Below are positions 1-9,562 of a stretch of DNA of 27,005 nucleotides, piece after piece. The stretch is taken from positions 1 through 27,005 of IMG/VR virus record IMGVR_UViG_3300030103_003430; one strand, written 5' to 3'. The notes below the pieces were generated by a model that worked only from the letters and a program-made list of their open reading frames with translations, was not told where the DNA came from and made no database searches. A program made the translations under genes and the position numbers. Positions within the stretch are counted from its first letter, which is position 1; every line of letters starts with the position of its first letter. This stretch comes from a virus. Its lineage: Duplodnaviria > Caudoviricetes.

Positions 1-3000
1 TCCTGTTATTTCAGGACCAGGTATATGTTTTGAGCTACCTATTGCAGCTTTTCTTGCTCGTAATATATTTGCTATCTTTTTTAGATAAGGACTATTCTCT
101 TCCATTTCTGGAGTTATTTCATCTATCTTAAATTTAGCAAATGTTCTTTTACCAAACATTAACGGATTTGTATTGTTTGTTTCTACATAGTCGTATACAT
201 GCTTAAATTGATTACCGACTTGACGCATTGATCCAAACTTATCACGTATTATTTGTCCATCTCCAGGTAATACATATGCTTGTGCGTCTGTAGCATTAAA
301 TCCATCAAAGTCTATTACGTCTTTAAAAGCAACAAATTCAATTGGATTATTACGATCATGTGGTGTGTGTCTTTTGATTGCACCCTCAGCACGTTTAATA
401 TAATCTATTTCATCTTTGCTTTGATTATGTTTACCAATAAACATTTCTTGTGCAAAAAATTTGTTTATAGAATAGTTTAGTAAATAGTTTTTAGCAGTTG
501 TTCTATCTAATGTTTTTATAAGAGTGTTTTGTTTTATTTGATTTGGATCTTTTTTAACTTGCTGTAAAAATTTAGTAGTTTCTTTCTCTAATCCACTTAA
601 AACAAGTTTACCATTCTTTTTAACAATCTTAAATGGATTTACTTTATCTCCCTCTTTGTAGCTAGCTGTATTGTATCCTGCATCTAATGCCATTTGTAAT
701 AGCTCTTGTCTTTGATCTGCAGTTTGTGCTATTGGTGTTTTTATATAATATCTTCTTTTAGCAGATCCAAACACTGCTATTGGCTGATCGTAATATGCTG
801 TTTCACCCAATGAATATCTTGAAACAGATAGTAAAAAGTCATTAAAGTCTGTAAGCATTAGCTCTTGACTATCCATTTTTACATATTTTCTATTTCTTCT
901 ACTATCCTGTTTTGTTGCTTGTGGTGTAGAAAATACACCTGACAACATGCTTATATCTAACTCTTGTCCAGGTACAGCAGATAACATTTCTGCATATATA
1001 TTTTTAAAAGTATAATTGCCATCATTATAAAAACCTAATTCTTTCATTAGATCTAAAAATGACATAATATCTTTGCCAGCTAAATCTGCATAGTTTTCAT
1101 TTTTATTATGTAGTGAGTTTTCTTTATTTATAATTAACGTTGGATTTTCAGATACATCATTTACTTGTGTAATATAATTTTTAGATCTTGATTGCACTAT
1201 AAGGTCTGCTAATAAAACATTAAAACCATCTTTGATTTGCAGTTTGCCTCTTTTGAAAAAATCTGCTCTATTGTTCATATACAGAACTTCTAATGAACGA
1301 TATCTTTTACCTTTATAGTTATATATATTACCTGCACCTATTTTTCTTTTATCTATAAATTGATAGTATGGTGAATCAGAAAATAAAGTATTTAATGCAG
1401 ATGCAAAATCTTTATTTAGATTTTCAATTATATTTTTTACAGAGTTTTTATCTTCTGGTAACTTTGGTGCAAACCATCTCCTATTAGCTTGTTCTACCAT
1501 AGAAGCGTTCCATCTTGCCTCATCTGTATTTAGAGATACACCAGGCACCCACGTAGTAACACCATTACCTGCTCGCATAAATCCAACCTCTTTCATGGTT
1601 TCTATTTTCTTATTAGCAAAGTCTATTGACATTTCTAATAATAAAGCATCTACTAATGTATCTTTTTTAAGTTTTGATTTTAGGAATTTTACAAATCTTA
1701 CAACCTCTCCATTTTGACTTTCTGTAACCTGTGTTACAAATGTAAATGTATTTTGTTTTTTTGTTTTTTGTCCAATAGAATGTAGCTCTGATAATAAATC
1801 TTTTACATTAACAGGATTTTTATCATCCTTTTTACTTTCTTCTATTGAGTATGCTTGTATTAACTTTGATGTTGTATCTCCAAATAATACTTCTTCTTGA
1901 TCGTAGATGTTGCCTTTGTCATTTTCTTCAGCAACAATTTCTTCTTCTGTATTAAAACTAAAAGTTAAAACATCATCGCTTCGCTCTCCTTGATCTAATC
2001 TTTCATTAACAGAAGCTATAAGATTGTTTACGATACGATTATATTCTTTGAATGTAGATCTATCTACACCTGCTCTAACTCTTCTAAGTAGCATATCATG
2101 CTGTATACTAGAAACTCCTTGTGGTGCTTCTTGTGTCTGAGTATTGTATGTCTTGTTGTTTTGTCTGTAAAGCTCTTGTGCAATATCCTGAACGGCATCT
2201 TCACCACGCTTACCTTTTGACACTACTTGCTGCTGTACAATGTCAAATAGTCCTTTGAATGGTATAACATCAAAACTAGCTTGTTTAAGCATAGCACCTT
2301 TATTATAAGAGTTTTGTTTTAGCTGATTATCAACATTAAGAGTGTTGAAGTTATTTTGTATATACCTCATCATCTCTTCATAGTTCATTAACCTAACTTC
2401 AGGTATAACTTTTTCTACAGCCGCTTTAGCTTCATCTTCTTTTGCTAATCCAGCAACTCTTTTGTACAATCTTTTAAGTATGCTTTCGTACTTACGTGCT
2501 TCAGTTTTATTATCTATTACATTTGATATACCACCTTTTCTATTAAAGTCCTCATTGCTATATGCAAATGATTCTTCAAGCAGACCATCCTGATCTTTAT
2601 CAGCTAATCTTTTTATTGATCCATCATTTACAAGTTGTGCAAAAAATGATTGTAATGCATTCTTATATGCTATTGTATTACCTGAATTAGCTGCATCTGC
2701 AGCAGTATCTAATAAAGATGAAAGAGTAGAATCAATATCTCTTCTTCTATTTTCTTGCATATAAGTAATCAAATCACCACCTGTTTTGATCTGACCATCT
2801 ATTTCATATTTTGTAAGTAAAGGATAATTATATTGTATATTATCTATTAAACGTTGCACATTACCATTTGGTGTTACAATTTTTCTTTTTATTAAAAGAT
2901 CATTTAATCTTTTTTGTAATGGTGTTCTTGCTATAGATTGATAGTATGGATGTGATAGCTCATGAATTAAATCTGTTTGCATTGCTGCATTTGGATTTAC

Positions 3001-6000
3001 AAGTATTGTGCTACTAAAAAATACTGCTGAAGCAGGTGCACCAAAACCCTCTATCAACTGTCTGTTTACAAACTCTATTCGTACATTAGGAAATTTTTCT
3101 TCTAATGAAGATCTAAGTATGCCCTTGATAATACTAGCTGTTTCATCTACTCTAGTTAAATATACTCTTGTAGGTTTTTTCTTATCAGTAACTTTTAGAT
3201 TGGTGTGCTTTTTATTTATTTTGTCTAGCATTTCTTGAACCTTTTTAGGTGTGCTAGATTCAGATGATTCTGTAACTTTTATATTAGAAGTTTCCTCCTT
3301 TACTGATTTTTTACTTTTTTTTTTAGATTCTTTTTTAGATTTTTCTATTAAAGATTTATACTCTTTTTCTGTTAAAGATTTTACTGGTAGATCCCCTTTA
3401 CCTAACTCACTTACATTAAACAACATAGTGCCATCTTCAAACTCTTCTATTCTAAATCTATATCTAACATTACCAACAGTTACTGTATCTGAAGAAGTTT
3501 TAATAGGCTTGCCTTTATCTTGCATTTCTTCAGTATTAGCATACTTTGATTTTTTATTATTTTGTATTTTATCAGGAGTTATAGAATCTTTGGCTTTATC
3601 TACAGTTTCTGTTTCTTTTGCAGTTTCTTTAACCTTTTCTGTACGTTCTTGTAGCTCTTCTGTTTTAGCATCAATCTTAGCTTTTGCAGACTTTACAATA
3701 TCTGACAAGGTTTCAACTATAGAACTATCTTTTATTTTATCTTCTACAAAAGATTTTATTTCATTGATTACAGCTACAGTTGCACCTGTTAAGTCTCCTT
3801 TTTTAATACTGTCTACAATTTCAGATGCTTTTTGTTTTGCTTCTTCTTTAGTAGGTAATCTCTCACCAAGCTCTTCTCTAAAAGATTTTAGCTTATCTTC
3901 TATTTTTTGTGATGCACCTGGAGAAACTTTATCTAAATATTTTTTTGTAAAGTTTGTTCCTTTTCCTATTTGTGTTCTAAAAAAATTAGATAACTTTTGT
4001 GCTGGTTCTGATTGCACTACTTCTTGTGCTGCTTCTTTTACACCTTGTTCTCTTACTGTTTGCACAGCTTGTCCAACACCTTTAGCTACAGCTTTAACAC
4101 CTTTAGTAACAGCCTCTGTAGCTCTTTGTATTATACCTGGCTTATCTTTTTCTTTTTGTCTGCCTTCAGTTGTAAACTCTCCAAACTGTTCAGGCGTTAA
4201 TCCAATAGAAGATTTTTTTACTCTTGTTTTGTCTTTTGTAAGTTTACCTAATTTTACTGTTGCTAAATTTTGTATAAGATCTTTAAACTCTTGAATTTCT
4301 TGATTATAAATATTTACCTCTTGATCAAAGTTATCATTTATTTCTTGTTTTGTTTGCTCAAGCAATGTTTCATCTTGAATGTCTAGTTCAACTTGTTTTA
4401 ATTCTTCTTCTCTACTTTCATTAGATCTTTCAATAGCTGCTTGTCTTTCCGCTATTTCAACACGTGATAAAAATATTTGTCTTTTACCTGCTTGTGATAG
4501 ACGATTGCCTTTGTGTGAAGATTCATAAATATCTTCATACTGTTCTATAGCTTCTATTAATTGTAAGCCAACTTCTTCTTTCATTTGACCTTCAGCAACC
4601 ATTCTTTCTACACGACTTTTAGCTAATACAGCATTACCATTACTATCTATAACAGTATACGCTATAATATCTTTACGCATAGATTGTGCTTGTTCAAATT
4701 TATTTACATCCATCAAATCACCGAGTCTTGTTTGTTGCTCTTGTATTTGATAGTCTCTTTCTGCTATAGCATCTACATAACCCCCTCTAGCACCCATCGT
4801 AGCACCTAAAGCAAATGCAGAAACACGAACATCTAACATTTCAGGACTTTTGAAAAACTCAGTATAAGTCATGTAGTCTTCGCCCTTTTGTTCAGCAATA
4901 GCTCTATTTTTAATCCACTCTTGATATACTTCTTGATATTGCTCAGCAACACCCTCAATAGATCCAGTAGCAGTAGCTTGAATAAATGGTGCAATTTTTT
5001 GTGCAAAAGGCATAGGTTTTGGTATACGTCTAAAGCCAGCTGCTAATCTACCTAATCCCCCAAACACAAGACCAAATTGTGCTACATCAGCTGCAATCCA
5101 GTTTGTGTTATCTCTCCATACTTGTGTTGCTGCAGCTTGTGCTTCTTGTGGAGTTAAACCATCTGATAAAGCTTGCTGCATCGTTTCTCCTGCTACGAAA
5201 GCACCTTCTGCAAAGTTACCACCTACACCACCACCGATTGAAGCAGTAGCAATATCAATGCCTTTACGCATCTCCATTTTTGCAAACTCTTCACCTTCTT
5301 GGAGACCTCTTCTTTTAGCTTGTCTTTTGGTTGCTTTTGATATTACTGGTTTATATAGTTTTTCGCCTACACCTAATGTTCTTGCTGCTTTGTATGCTTT
5401 ATTAGAGTTTAGTAATAATCTAATTGATTTTGCTGCAGCACCTGCTGGTAAAAAGAAAGACATAGAATATGGTAATAGTTTTGCCACATCTGTAGCCCAA
5501 AATCTTGGATCAGCTAATTGTGCCCAACCAACATTTTTCATTTCTTCAGGTATAAATACTTGATTTTTATTTTGTATTTCTGATCCTTTTCTTTGTAAGA
5601 AATCTCCAATAGTTGTTTTTTGATCTACATCTTCGTCCCATGGAGTTACAGCTGCTTTAAGAAATTCATATGTATCTCCAGTTCCTTCTATTAGCTGACC
5701 AGTACCTGCTGCTAAACTTCTTGATAATTGTGATTCTGATCCAAGAGCTTGTGACACACCTGCACCTAATGTAGCACCAGCAAGAGTTCCTGTAGGACCT
5801 CCCAAAGAACCAATTAAACCACCTATTGGTATAGCTAAGTCTTGACCACTGACTATAGGTGCAGAGTACACATTTGGATCCATACCTACACCTTCTGGAA
5901 CTAAACCAGCTTCCCTTTCCATTCCTGCATTTGTATTTTGTGCGTACTGTCTTGCACCTATCTCACTAATTCTTTGATCTTCTAATCGATTTCTATTATC

Positions 6001-6093
6001 TACCGCAGCAGAAAATGCAGCGAAAGGATCTGTAGACATGTTAGCATCATATTGATCGATGCCTTCTTGTGGTGTTTCGTTAATATCAGCCAT
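1..6093 (-). CDS. Giant virion cargo polyprotein (>2031 aa, 3'-truncated by the window): membrane/ejection-type N-terminus + zincin metallopeptidase + N-terminal part of a crAss-type virion RNA polymerase
   Basis: Hand translation: ATG at 6093 overlaps the upstream TAA (TAATG), reads MADINETPQEG..., and I found no in-frame stop down to base 1 (...RARKAAIGSSKHIPGPEITG). Gly-zipper hydrophobic segments (LAIPIGGLIGSLGGPTGTLAGATLGAG; WIAADVAQFGLVFGGLG). EGVAEQYQE at 4930-4956, HELSH at 2950-2964, EESFA at 2563-2577, DYIKR at 391-405 and TDAQAY at 274-291; the last two resemble crAss RNAP motifs. Position after the cargo genes fits crAss synteny. The catalytic DxDxD motif is not in the window. Confidence 0.8.
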   Translation of the reverse strand, partial: MADINETPQEGIDQYDANMSTDPFAAFSAAVDNRNRLEDQRISEIGARQYAQNTNAGMEREAGLVPEGVGMDPNVYSAPIVSGQDLAIPIGGLIGSLGGPTGTLAGATLGAGVSQALGSESQLSRSLAAGTGQLIEGTGDTYEFLKAAVTPWDEDVDQKTTIGDFLQRKGSEIQNKNQVFIPEEMKNVGWAQLADPRFWATDVAKLLPYSMSFFLPAGAAAKSIRLLLNSNKAYKAARTLGVGEKLYKPVISKATKRQAKRRGLQEGEEFAKMEMRKGIDIATASIGGGVGGNFAEGAFVAGETMQQALSDGLTPQEAQAAATQVWRDNTNWIAADVAQFGLVFGGLGRLAAGFRRIPKPMPFAQKIAPFIQATATGSIEGVAEQYQEVYQEWIKNRAIAEQKGEDYMTYTEFFKSPEMLDVRVSAFALGATMGARGGYVDAIAERDYQIQEQQTRLGDLMDVNKFEQAQSMRKDIIAYTVIDSNGNAVLAKSRVERMVAEGQMKEEVGLQLIEAIEQYEDIYESSHKGNRLSQAGKRQIFLSRVEIAERQAAIERSNESREEELKQVELDIQDETLLEQTKQEINDNFDQEVNIYNQEIQEFKDLIQNLATVKLGKLTKDKTRVKKSSIGLTPEQFGEFTTEGRQKEKDKPGIIQRATEAVTKGVKAVAKGVGQAVQTVREQGVKEAAQEVVQSEPAQKLSNFFRTQIGKGTNFTKKYLDKVSPGASQKIEDKLKSFREELGERLPTKEEAKQKASEIVDSIKKGDLTGATVAVINEIKSFVEDKIKDSSIVETLSDIVKSAKAKIDAKTEELQERTEKVKETAKETETVDKAKDSITPDKIQNNKKSKYANTEEMQDKGKPIKTSSDTVTVGNVRYRFRIEEFEDGTMLFNVSELGKGDLPVKSLTEKEYKSLIEKSKKESKKKSKKSVKEETSNIKVTESSESSTPKKVQEMLDKINKKHTNLKVTDKKKPTRVYLTRVDETASIIKGILRSSLEEKFPNVRIEFVNRQLIEGFGAPASAVFFSSTILVNPNAAMQTDLIHELSHPYYQSIARTPLQKRLNDLLIKRKIVTPNGNVQRLIDNIQYNYPLLTKYEIDGQIKTGGDLITYMQENRRRDIDSTLSSLLDTAADAANSGNTIAYKNALQSFFAQLVNDGSIKRLADKDQDGLLEESFAYSNEDFNRKGGISNVIDNKTEARKYESILKRLYKRVAGLAKEDEAKAAVEKVIPEVRLMNYEEMMRYIQNNFNTLNVDNQLKQNSYNKGAMLKQASFDVIPFKGLFDIVQQQVVSKGKRGEDAVQDIAQELYRQNNKTYNTQTQEAPQGVSSIQHDMLLRRVRAGVDRSTFKEYNRIVNNLIASVNERLDQGERSDDVLTFSFNTEEEIVAEENDKGNIYDQEEVLFGDTTSKLIQAYSIEESKKDDKNPVNVKDLLSELHSIGQKTKKQNTFTFVTQVTESQNGEVVRFVKFLKSKLKKDTLVDALLLEMSIDFANKKIETMKEVGFMRAGNGVTTWVPGVSLNTDEARWNASMVEQANRRWFAPKLPEDKNSVKNIIENLNKDFASALNTLFSDSPYYQFIDKRKIGAGNIYNYKGKRYRSLEVLYMNNRADFFKRGKLQIKDGFNVLLADLIVQSRSKNYITQVNDVSENPTLIINKENSLHNKNENYADLAGKDIMSFLDLMKELGFYNDGNYTFKNIYAEMLSAVPGQELDISMLSGVFSTPQATKQDSRRNRKYVKMDSQELMLTDFNDFLLSVSRYSLGETAYYDQPIAVFGSAKRRYYIKTPIAQTADQRQELLQMALDAGYNTASYKEGDKVNPFKIVKKNGKLVLSGLEKETTKFLQQVKKDPNQIKQNTLIKTLDRTTAKNYLLNYSINKFFAQEMFIGKHNQSKDEIDYIKRAEGAIKRHTPHDRNNPIEFVAFKDVIDFDGFNATDAQAYVLPGDGQIIRDKFGSMRQVGNQFKHVYDYVETNNTNPLMFGKRTFAKFKIDEITPEMEENSPYLKKIANILRARKAAIGSSKHIPGPEITG

Positions 6094-8042
6094 TAGTTTC
6101 TAAAATATTTTTGCCAAAGTCGGAAATTAGTTTTCTTTCTTTTATAGTCTTGTTCGGTAGAATTTTCTCTATGCCAATCCATTAATGCAGATACATTACC
6201 AGACTTCAATATATTAAAATATTCTGGCATTTTTGCCTCTAAACCATCTTCTTTATCAAAAAATCCTTGTAATAAATTAACAACATTTGTATTTAAATCA
6301 CCACCTTTTTGATTTGCTACACTAAACATATCAGACATTAAATAGGGAACCATTTGTCTAGGTATCTCGCCTGTATTAGCTATTGATCTAAAAGGTATTT
6401 CAAATTGATTCATTAAAACTTTAAACCCTCCACTCATATTTCCAGCATACATTTCATCTAATGCTTTATTTGTTTGGTCAATAGCTTTGCCTCTACGATC
6501 TAATTCTTGTTTTTTAGCAGTTACTTGTGCATTATAATTTCTAGCATTAGACATTGCTTTATCATATTCTTCATCTGTTCCTCTTTGTCTAAAGTCAGCT
6601 GTTTTAACTTTTATTTCTTTATAATACAAATCATTATCAATAATGTCTGGCTCTTCAAGTTGTAATATATAAGCTGGTCTAAATGTTACAGATTCTTTAT
6701 TAGATACATTTTTCAATAACTCATCTATATATTTTTTTCTATTTGTAGGATCAAGATCTTCTGCGCCTGTCATTAATAATTTTTCTTTTGTTTCTCCTGT
6801 AATTTCATCTGTGTATGTAGCTTTCATACCTAAAAATACACCTCTAATTGTCATATCTTCTGAAAAAGCATCAATGAAAGGAACATCACCCTTCATAGAT
6901 GCACCAATATTATTAAACAATGTATTAAACATTTGTTCATTATTTTCTATTTTCAATTTAAATTTACCATCATCTGCATAAACATCATCACCTAACCCTG
7001 CAGAAATAAATCTTTCATAATTTTTTGAATCATTTACAAATAGTTGTCCAGCTGAATCTAAAGTATAAGATCTTTGTGAAAGTAAATTTTTATTATTTTC
7101 ATCAATTGTAAACCTACCTTCTAGCTCAGGTAGTAATCCTTTAGATTGTGCTACGTAATTGCTAAAACCGCCTGTAGATTGCAGTTCTGCTGCACGTAAA
7201 CCAGTGCTTGGAAATAATAGATCTTTTGTATTAATTAACTCATCTACAAAACCTGTTTTAATTTCAGCTGTACCAAATTTTATATTTGGATCATAGTTTG
7301 GATCTTGTGTTAATCTTTTTCTTGCATATGCCTGCATAGCAATACCAAATGGATTATCTCTTGCATCTTGTACCATTTGTTCTGCATTTGGATCATCTGA
7401 AACATGATATGCATAATCTGCTATTAATGTTTGTGCATTTTTAGCTATGTAATCTGTAAGAGATATTGGATCTTCTTTTGAGAGTTCATTAACAAAATCT
7501 GTATTTAATTCGCCATTTAATTGTCCACGATATGTAATAACATCTGATTTTTCTGCTCTCCAATTATTAAGTGATTCTAAATCTTTATGTGCAATTAAAT
7601 GTGCTGTATTTGGATCTCCTTGTGCCGCAATAATATTACTCAATGCATTTTGGTTTTGTTTCATTTGAAACACCTTATCATTATTTAATAACTTATATTG
7701 ATAGTTTCTTATATCTTCACTAATGCCAAGTCTTTGTGCTTTTTGTAAACTACCTGCCATTCTAATTTTTTCATTAATAGGATCAAGTAAATTTTGTGAC
7801 AGTTCTTGTAAATCTAATAAATCTTTTTGTCTTGCATTTGGACCTGTTGTAAGTTCTATCGCAGCATTAAAGGCAGCATCTAAATACTGTTGATTTTGCT
7901 GTTCTAACGCATTTGCTTCATTTTCTCTTTGTCGTTGTAAATTACGTATAGCTTGCAAATATCTTAATTCTTCAGCTCTTTGCTGTTTTATATTTGAAGA
8001 TCCTAAAAATCCACTTAATGCGTTATATCCGTATGCGTCCAT
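6093..8042 (-). CDS. Putative virion cargo/ejection protein (649 aa)
   Basis: Long ORF with TAATG overlaps at both ends. Starts with a short Gly/Ala segment followed by a Q/E/R coiled coil. Lies between other cargo genes and the RNAP polyprotein. Confidence 0.6.
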   Translation of the reverse strand: MDAYGYNALSGFLGSSNIKQQRAEELRYLQAIRNLQRQRENEANALEQQNQQYLDAAFNAAIELTTGPNARQKDLLDLQELSQNLLDPINEKIRMAGSLQKAQRLGISEDIRNYQYKLLNNDKVFQMKQNQNALSNIIAAQGDPNTAHLIAHKDLESLNNWRAEKSDVITYRGQLNGELNTDFVNELSKEDPISLTDYIAKNAQTLIADYAYHVSDDPNAEQMVQDARDNPFGIAMQAYARKRLTQDPNYDPNIKFGTAEIKTGFVDELINTKDLLFPSTGLRAAELQSTGGFSNYVAQSKGLLPELEGRFTIDENNKNLLSQRSYTLDSAGQLFVNDSKNYERFISAGLGDDVYADDGKFKLKIENNEQMFNTLFNNIGASMKGDVPFIDAFSEDMTIRGVFLGMKATYTDEITGETKEKLLMTGAEDLDPTNRKKYIDELLKNVSNKESVTFRPAYILQLEEPDIIDNDLYYKEIKVKTADFRQRGTDEEYDKAMSNARNYNAQVTAKKQELDRRGKAIDQTNKALDEMYAGNMSGGFKVLMNQFEIPFRSIANTGEIPRQMVPYLMSDMFSVANQKGGDLNTNVVNLLQGFFDKEDGLEAKMPEYFNILKSGNVSALMDWHRENSTEQDYKRKKTNFRLWQKYFRN

Positions 8043-9562
8043 TAGCTTTTTGTTATTCCTGGTGTAGTAAATTGTGTAATATTGTTTCCGCCTCCATATA
8101 TATCATCTTGCAGCATTGATGTTAGTTGGTAGTAATATGGTGATGTTGTTCTTGATGCAGATCTTTCTTGTAGAGAACTAAATACTTTACTTGCAAAATT
8201 TGATGCACCTCTTTTATTTTCTAAAGCCATTTGTAAATCTGCTGTCTGCTCTGCTTTAGATTTATTTAACTCAAATTCTTCTGCAAATGATAATGCTCTT
8301 GTATATTTATCTTGATTTTGTCTATTTAACTCAGCATCTTTTGCTGCAAAATCCAATAAAGCACTAGCTCTTGCTGTATCTAAAACACCAGACATAGCTA
8401 AAAATTTAGCTCTATCTCCTGCAGTACCCCTAACAGAATTTTCTAAACCTTTTTGATATGCATTATCTATATCTAATCTTGCTTTTCTTGCTTCTTCTGG
8501 ACTAAAACCCATTTTAGATAATTGTTTTGTTTGCTCTAAATGTGCTTTAAATTGATTAGACAAGCCTGGCAATTTTGTTGGTGGAACTTGTTTCATTGAT
8601 TCAATAAAAGCTTTTTCACCTAATGCAGCTAACATTAAGTCATCTGGTCCTTTTATTTGATTTCTTATTTGCTGTACTAAACCAAGCGTTCTGCTAATAT
8701 CCATACCAACCTTTCCAAGTTTATCTAAAAAGTTTGGTTGTTGCATATTTTTTGGTTGATCAACTATTGTGTTTTCTTGTGGAGCTTCTATATAATCTGA
8801 TATACCATTATTATTTTGATCTAACATTTTATCAGAAACTATCTCATCATCTTCGAGGCCGTATGCTGTTGGCGTATCATCTTCAAATGTTTGATTTACA
8901 TTTCTTGTAAGCATATCCATATAAGATGTAGCTTCAGCTGATAAATCACCATCATTATATGCTTTAAGTAAATCGTCATTATCTTCATATTTACTTAACT
9001 CATCTTCTACAGACATGAGTCCTGCAGGTTGATTTATAAAACTTGATTTAGCAGGATCATCATCAGGCAATTCATCTATATACTTTTGATATTCTGCTAA
9101 TCTAGGATCTAAATCTGGTTTATCTTTTTTTGCTTCTGTATATATTTTAAATGGTCTTTGTACTCCAGGAAATGTAGTTGTTAATTCTCTACCCTCATCT
9201 TTAAGATCTAATTCTAATAAAGATAATCCTTTTTCTCCTTCGGCTAAACCTTTTAGTCTTTTTACTAAAGCTTCTTGTCCTGAAAACTCACCTTTTAAAC
9301 CTTGTGCAAAGGTTACTTTACCTTCAGGATTTTTAGATAACAAATCATCTATAGTACCGCTTTCTAAATATATTTTTTCATATGCTTCTTCTAAAGCTTT
9401 TAGATCAGCTTTATTTGTGTAGGCAGATAATATTTCATTAATTATATTAGGTGTATTACCTTCTTCACCCGTAGTAAGTCTACCAGTAGCACCAAATGAA
9501 CCCATACTTCTAAAAAGTTTAAGTGCATCTTGTTGATATCTTTCATTAGATTTTGACCTCAT
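8042..9562 (-). CDS. Putative virion cargo/ejection protein (506 aa)
   Basis: Helical Ala/Gln-rich C-terminal half (GFSPEEARKARLDIDNAYQKG...AAKDAELNRQNQDKY) like crAss cargo proteins. Acidic middle with DQNNNGISDYIE. TAATG-coupled at both ends. Confidence 0.6.
   Translation of the reverse strand: MRSKSNERYQQDALKLFRSMGSFGATGRLTTGEEGNTPNIINEILSAYTNKADLKALEEAYEKIYLESGTIDDLLSKNPEGKVTFAQGLKGEFSGQEALVKRLKGLAEGEKGLSLLELDLKDEGRELTTTFPGVQRPFKIYTEAKKDKPDLDPRLAEYQKYIDELPDDDPAKSSFINQPAGLMSVEDELSKYEDNDDLLKAYNDGDLSAEATSYMDMLTRNVNQTFEDDTPTAYGLEDDEIVSDKMLDQNNNGISDYIEAPQENTIVDQPKNMQQPNFLDKLGKVGMDISRTLGLVQQIRNQIKGPDDLMLAALGEKAFIESMKQVPPTKLPGLSNQFKAHLEQTKQLSKMGFSPEEARKARLDIDNAYQKGLENSVRGTAGDRAKFLAMSGVLDTARASALLDFAAKDAELNRQNQDKYTRALSFAEEFELNKSKAEQTADLQMALENKRGASNFASKVFSSLQERSASRTTSPYYYQLTSMLQDDIYGGGNNITQFTTPGITKS

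Noticed and set aside
3251-4294. 347-aa plus-strand ORF (also 280-480, 3008-3238, 4012-4200 and 5105-5563)
   Set aside because: These are antisense shadows of the giant minus-strand gene. Their Ser/Phe/Leu-rich composition is the mirror of Lys/Glu codons, the starts are non-ATG and there are no expression signals.
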